Origin: Macrostomum lignano
Lineage: Eukaryota
Reading direction: 5' to 3'
DNA length: 63,866 nt
Assembly: GCA_002269645.1 (NCBI GenBank)
Contig: NIVC01003236.1
Coordinates: 1 to 63,866, forward strand
Shown: positions 58,281-63,866 of the stretch, piece after piece
Position numbering within the stretch: the stretch's first letter is position 1
Layout: each line of letters begins with the position of its first letter
The notes under the pieces: model-generated
What the model saw: only the letters and a program-made list of their open reading frames with translations
What the model was told of the DNA's origin: nothing
Databases searched by the model: none
Program-made: the position numbers and the translations under genes

Positions 58281-59684
58281 CCCTAGCTCCAGAGGCTTAT
58301 TCTCTGGCGGCTGCTTTCATGCGAGCTGACAGCAATGCCCCTCAGCAATAATCAGCACGCCTTCCGTACCGAGAGAACGACTGACAGCGCCCTGCATGCG
58401 ATAGTCGAGAAGATTGAACGGGCGGTCCCGGTGTAAAAAGTAGGGTCAAGCGGACGTCTTTCGGACCCCGACGGGTCCTCATTGGGGTTGCGTCTGCTTT
58501 GAGAAAAAAATGTCTAGTTTTTACATTAAATCACTCTAAAGGGCCATATTTCAGTTACTTCATGGCTAAAAAGTTTGTCCACTTTGTACTTATGTGGGTC
58601 CGTTATTCGTCCCCAATGGTCCGTTTAGATCCGATCGACTCCTAAAAAATGCAAGTTTTTTCTAACGCCGTATAAATGTCCCTTTTGCTGTGATTTCGGT
58701 TAGTTTTGGGTTTATTTTCAAGTATTCACCTTTGTGTACTGACAACTAGCACTTTTTGACAGTCCGATTTAAAAAGATACGTCAGATGAAAAATGACCCT
58801 TGGTCATTCTCCAGTTGCATAATTTACTACTTGTGATAGTAGAAAAGTTGGCGAAGTTTCTTTTCAAACTTTTCAAACTTTTCAAACTTTAGTCTTTTGT
58901 GTTTTGGGGCTTCTAGATTGCAGTCGCTTGACATTAGCCTTTCAGTTGAAAACAAATTAATCTTTTTGTGTGAATGTTATATTTTCGTTTTTCATAGACT
59001 AATTTTTACGCTATCTTTTAAAGCTACATTTTGGTTGGGGTGTCGCGTAAAATACGTATCAACAGTAAGTCTGATCATGCCTTACTACTTTCGACAGTAG
59101 GGTTCACCAGAAAGGACTATACCCTGAGTGATAACTGCTTTTTATTAAAAATACCAAATTACCTGGTTATTAATTGCGTACAATCACTTTGATTATATAA
59201 ATATTTTGCAGTGCCAGAGCTTTTGAATTTGGAAAAGAAGTTGGTCAAATTTTCAGTGCGCACCTTATCCGTGTGAATAAGAGTTTAGCAACGTTGGGCG
59301 TGGGTGGGTTAAAACTCAAGAATTTCGGGAAAACAGAAAGTGAATGAGCTCAATGTAGCACTGAGCCGCCGAAGGGCTGGCGCCAGATTTTGGTGGACCA
59401 GGGCCCCGAAGCCCTAACTAAGATCAGTAGCGCAACGAGAAATTTTTAGGGGGGGGATTCTGGAGGGTAAAGCCCGGGAGGAAGCGGAGGGGTGTCAGGG
59501 TTGCTTTCACAAGGTCGAAATTTCATATCCTCGAAAATACATATCTCACATAGCACCCTATCCTTTCTTATCTCCCATTATCTTCTTATTTTTACCATCT
59601 CTTATCTCCTCGCTTCTCTCGTTTCTCTCCTCTCCATTTTCTCTACTCTCAGCTCCTTTCCTAGAGAAATTTCATATATTGTTT

Positions 59685-60065
59685 GGGAGCCTGCTGTTTG
59701 GGAGGGGACCGCTTGCTGTTTGGGAGGGGACCGCTTGCTGTTTGGGAGGGGACCGCTTGCTGTTTGGGAGGGGACCGCTTGCTGTTTGGGAGGGAACCGC
59801 TTGCTGTTTGGGAGGGGACCGCTTGCTGTTTGGGAGCCTGCTGTTTGGGAGCCTGCTGTTTGGGAGGGGACCGCTTGCTGTTTGGGAGCCTGCTGTTTGG
59901 GAGGGGACCGCTTGCTGTTTGGGAGCTTGCTGTTTGGGACCCTGCTGTTTGGGAGGGGACCGCTTGCTGTTTGGGAGCTTGCTGTTTGGGACCCTGCTGT
60001 TTGGGAGGGGACCGCTTGCTGTTTGGGAGCTTGCTGTTTGGGAGGGGACCGCTTGCTGTTTGGGA
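59685..60065. repeat. Minisatellite of about 14-22 bp units (GCTTGCTGTTTGGGAGGGGACC) inside the EnSpm-like element
   Basis: Direct reading. Confidence 0.9.
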
Positions 60066-60213
60066 ACTTAGAAAGAATTAGAAATTAAAGAATACGTAAA
60101 ATACGCATTTAGAGAGATTTAGAGTTATATAGCGACAGGTACAGGGAGGCAGATAAACATGTTCCAGGTCCTCTCTAACCCTGTGTGCAACCCACCCAAA
60201 CCTACATTTACAG

Positions 60214-60394
60214 AGGACGACCCTCTGAGCGCGATGTAGAAGTCGCCGTTATTCAGGTGCTGAAACACGCTGCCGAGAGGGAGGCCGCACGCCAACGTAG
60301 AAAATCCCTACGTGAAGAGCACCACGAAATGCCAGGAGACACCAGCGAGGCGCAGCAAGGGATGAGAAAGCGGGCCAGAATTGACTCTGATTGA
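60214..60394 (+). pseudogene. Terminal-exon-like coding remnant carried by the EnSpm-like element
   Basis: Acceptor CATTTACAG followed by GRPSERDVEVAVIQVLKHAAEREAARQRRKS...RKRARIDSD*. It loosely resembles C-termini of transposon accessory proteins. The identity is not established. Confidence 0.4.
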
Positions 60395-60484
60395 GATGTC
60401 GAGGAGTAACTGTTTATTTCTTTTCACCACAAAAACATTAATTTTCTGGATACGCACCAGAATATCCTATGTATTAAAATTCAG

Positions 60485-60850
60485 ATAGAGATAATTAGGA
60501 TTCAGGTAAGAGATAATTAGGATTTAGGTAAGAGATAATTAGGATTTAGGTAATAGATTAGGATTCAGATAAGAGATTAGAATTCAGGTAAGAAATTAGG
60601 ATTCAGGTAAGAGATAATTAGGATTCAGGTTAGAGATTAGGATTCAGGTAAGAGATAATTAGGATTTAGGTAATAGATTAGGATTCAGATAAGAGATTAG
60701 AATTCAGGTAAGAGATTAGAATTCAGGTAAGAGATTAGGATTCAGGTAAGAGATAATTGGGGTTCAGATAAGAGATAATTAGAATTTAGATAAGAGGTTA
60801 TTAGGATTTAGGTATTAGATCAATAGAATTCGGGTATTTGATAATTAGGA
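60485..60850. repeat. 19-22 bp minisatellite (TAAGAGATAATTAGGATTCAGG)
   Basis: Direct reading. Confidence 0.9.
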
Positions 60851-62743
60851 CTATTTCGGCCACTGCTGCCAAACCTGCTGCTCAACGACCCTGCCCGTTC
60901 TGCTAATGTTGCGCTAAGTGATGTTATATATTTCATACTTTCTATTTTACCCGTAAACTATATGTAACTACGTAAACAGGAAATAAATGATAACTAAAAT
61001 GCATTTTTCATTTCGCTCTTCAAAGTCTTCGTATACGTGATATAACTTTAACAAACTGAAACACTGCACGCAATGCAACCTACTGAAAGTAGTGTGTAAA
61101 TACTGGGGTCGAATAAAAGATTGCAAGTAGGAGTCATGAGGACCCCTACTGAACAGGGTCCGGTCTGCGTCTGAATCAGTCCTACATCAGCGTCTGGCGG
61201 ACTCGATTTCAGTAGGACATAAGCACCCTACCCAGACGGCCCAAAACTGACGCCCGATGGACGGCTTTTTTTACACCGGGGTACTGGGTGACGGTTACGC
61301 CCTGGCTCTTTTTCTCGACATTGTTGGCGCCTTCGACAACGTTATCTTTGAAGCGTTTCAGAGGACCCTTCAAAACCACAAAGCTCACGCTACCCTCATA
61401 CGGTGGATCATGTACATGATCTCTAACCGTACGGTCACTGCCCAACTTCTCGGGCAAACTACCTCCGCCAGAGTCTGTAAGGGTGGACCCCAAGGCGGAG
61501 TCCTCAGCCCGACGCTCTGGAATCTGGTCATGGACGCTCTTCTGGGTGACTCCCGACCTGATCCCGTTTTCAAAGTCGGGTATGCTGACGACGTCACTGC
61601 CATTGTGGCAGGGCCGTCCCCCAGCACGCTCAGGGATCTGATGCAGAGCTTTATCCGCAAAGCAGAATCCTGGGCCAATGACAACGATCTGGAACTCTCT
61701 GAGCCCAAAACCGTTGCCATTATGTTCACCAGCAGAATACGCTGAAACATACGACCTCTGCAGTTATAAGGCAGAGATATTGCCTTCGCGCACCAGACCA
61801 GATGTCTCGGGTCATAATTGACCACCGGCTCAACTGGTCCTTTCACGTGAAAGCAAAAGCCAAGCGTGCCTCAACCATCCTGGCCCAGCTCCGACGAGCA
61901 CTTGGCACCTCTTGGGGTCTATCCCCAAAGCGACTTTGGTGGATCTACAATTCCGTAGTTAGACCTGCCATTACGTACGCCTCGGTTGTCTGGGTTAGCG
62001 CTACCCAGGTCAAAAGTCATGCAGATTTGCTCAACGCAATCCAGGGCAGAGCGTGTAGGCTTATCTGCAACGCCACCAGGTCCACGCCCTTTGCCGGCAT
62101 GGGGGCCTTCCTTAATCTACCGCCTCTCGACCTCTTCGTCAGGGGTGAGGCGGCTAGAACGACGCGGCGTTTACTTGATGCCGGTGTCAAATTCCTTTGC
62201 ATGAGGGCACCTGCTAAGCGGAACCTCGTCCCGCATAGCGACCTGTGCCTCAACATTCTTAACGAGTGTCAGGCCAATCGCGTCTTCACCGATGGCATTG
62301 CCTCAACGCTCAACATATTGCTAAAAACTTTGCTTTCCTGACCCTCAACCGCAGTGGCTGACTCTGGACATATTCGTCACAGCTGGCTGGTCCCTGCCAT
62401 CCTGCGATTCTGCCAGAAAGTCGGATTTTAGCCATAAGCGATAGTGTATTCAGTACACCCCTGTACGCCAATTACACTGCGCCTTAGTGCAGCCTTTTCA
62501 AGCCTCCAAATTTCATCAGCACGTCGATCACACGCGGCTGCATCAGCTCTGACTTCTTTAGTCACTGGCCTTCATCCAGGCGGAGCTTCTGAACCTTCAA
62601 CAGGTGGCACCAGGTGAGTTTGAGAAGTTGCACAACAAAAAGTTAGCCCGTGCTCTTGAATTTCGTGTGCCTGCGTTGATCCGTTCAAGCGCATTAAAAA
62701 ATTGTCAGAGGGGGGGTAAATTCCCCCTTGGTAGTTCTACTGA

Positions 62744-63866
62744 TAATAGTAGCAAGTAGAGTGTAGTCTCATTAAATTTTAATTCAGTTTTAGCTAAGCA
62801 ACGACCAAACAATTTTCGCAGAGTACTTCAAGCGAGTTGCCTTGCTGTAAAGCTGTTTACAAACCAAATACTTCGTGTGATCGGCAAGAAAAATCATCCA
62901 ATAATCGACGAGATAAACAAAATCAACCTGCTGTCACTGAATAATCGAGGCAAGTCGTTGCTATGGATACAACAGAATGCATCTTAGGACAGGATGCATA
63001 TTTAGAACAAATTACTTGAATCGACTTCAAATGTATCACTGCAAAGTAATTTTTTATCAAACTTTGGTAATCACGATTTATAGTACCGCATAAACAGCCT
63101 ACTTGAGTCAACAAATATACTCTGAAGCTTTTAAGCCGTTTATATGCGAGAGGAAACATATTTCGAGGTAAAATAACAAAACAGAATAAATTACAATGTC
63201 ATATAGTTAATTACACAACCGACTCTAAAAATGATAGAGCCAAGACATCAATTAGACATGAAAGCTCGTTGAAAAATACGCACGAAACTAATAAAAAGAT
63301 TATTTACATTAATTAATTTCCAAGGCAAACGCACTGTCAGGACAAATCAACCTACGAGTAATCAAACACAGACGCAAATGATCCATCAATTTATGAGTTA
63401 GCCAATAGCACTAAATGGGATGGCGATTCAATTATTCAATTATTCAATTATTCAATTATTCAATTACTCAAACGGGTATTTGCTATGCCCCGATAGCAAA
63501 TAACCACGATTGCTTCCCATGAACACTGCTTAGTTTGGACTATATGCAATCATAAAACGCATACCGGATGCAATATTGTCTGCTTCTATGCATCCATGTA
63601 GCATCCAGAGATTACATATACCGGCATCGAAGCAGTGTATTAGTCGAATTAGAGGCATCTAAGTCGAATCTTTCGCGATGGCTGTCGAAGGATGAAGTTG
63701 CTTGCAATATTGCTTCTGTTCTGTTCGATCCTGGCAAAGGAATGCCTCGCCAAGCGGAGAGACTATCAAGCCGAGCTGTTCAAATACTTGAAGAAAACAA
63801 ATTACTGACTACAGTCCGAAACTTGCGACCTACGCTCGAACCCAGACGCAGGAGGTAGAAGTACAC
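62744..63866 (+). repeat. Segmental duplicate of 49601 to about 50727 (upstream region and 5' end of receptor A)
   Basis: Collinear similarity of roughly 85-90% by eye. A second short block, 62336-62404, matches 49129-49197. Confidence 0.9.
63678..63866 (+). pseudogene. Third Cys-loop receptor copy (A-like), 5' end only, frameshifted as given
   Basis: MKLLAILLLFCSILAKECLAKRRDYQAELFKYLK, then a +1 insertion leading to TGA at 63806, with further single-base indels. It could be a pseudogene or long-read indel errors. The window end truncates it. Confidence 0.7.

Larger units (their letters stand above)
58427..61280. mobile_element. Non-autonomous EnSpm/CMC-like DNA transposon, 2854 bp
   Basis: Perfect 13-bp TIRs CCCGGTGTAAAAA / TTTTTACACCGGG and a 2-bp TSD GT (58425-26, 61281-82). 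Removing the element and one TSD restores the LINE RT frame ERAV|LGDG. The superfamily is assigned from the CCC termini and 2-bp TSD. Confidence 0.85.
58287..62335 (+). mobile_element. Second, related LINE RT copy, 5'-truncated and split by the 58427-61280 insertion
   Basis: 58287-58426 reads LQRLILWRLLSCELTAMPLSNNQHAFR..TDSALHAIVEKIERAV. It continues at 61283 as LGDGYALALFLDIVGAFDNV..GGPQGGVLSPTLWNLVMD..GYADDV, then with a stop and frameshift IIDHRLNWSFH..YASVVW..IQGRACR. Confidence 0.9.

Noticed and set aside
56513-62335. Single LINE with 5' inversion (twin priming)
   Set aside because: Both halves contain the same RT segment (QHAFR..FL[D/E]I.GAFDNV) and are substantially diverged, so they are two separate insertions.

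Overview
This is animal genomic DNA with GT-AG spliceosomal introns, GC-rich exons and introns filled with mini- and microsatellites. The composition suggests a repeat-rich invertebrate, plausibly a Macrostomum-like flatworm (inference only). Most long ORFs in the supplied track are tandem-repeat artefacts. The genes below were rebuilt by hand from splice sites and reading phase. They are: a 4-exon inward-rectifier K+ channel (+); an intronless orphan ORF with a TATA box (+); a complete 9-exon DNMT3-type DNA methyltransferase (PWWP-ADD-MTase, about 846 aa, -); a 4-exon D-aspartate/D-amino-acid oxidase (+); a 6-exon high-affinity choline transporter (+); a partial multi-exon tetraspanin-like gene absent from the ORF track (+); and a tandem array of Cys-loop receptor subunits with uninterrupted coding bodies (two complete, plus a frameshifted third at the window end). 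Mobile DNA includes a hAT-like MITE with an 8-bp TSD, an EnSpm/CMC-like element with a 2-bp TSD splitting a LINE RT, further TIR elements, LINE fragments and a tRNA-derived SINE. Two leads stand out. (1) The orphan cation-type Cys-loop receptors have lost the ACh-binding residues, their pore regions are about 97% identical while their ligand domains diverge, and one may get its start codon from a spliced leader. (2) The DNMT3 has altered DNA-contact residues and sits near sharply bounded domains of CpG decay and RIP-like CpA-to-TpA decay. No rRNA, intact tRNA or CRISPR array is supported. All counts and alignments were done by eye and should be recomputed.
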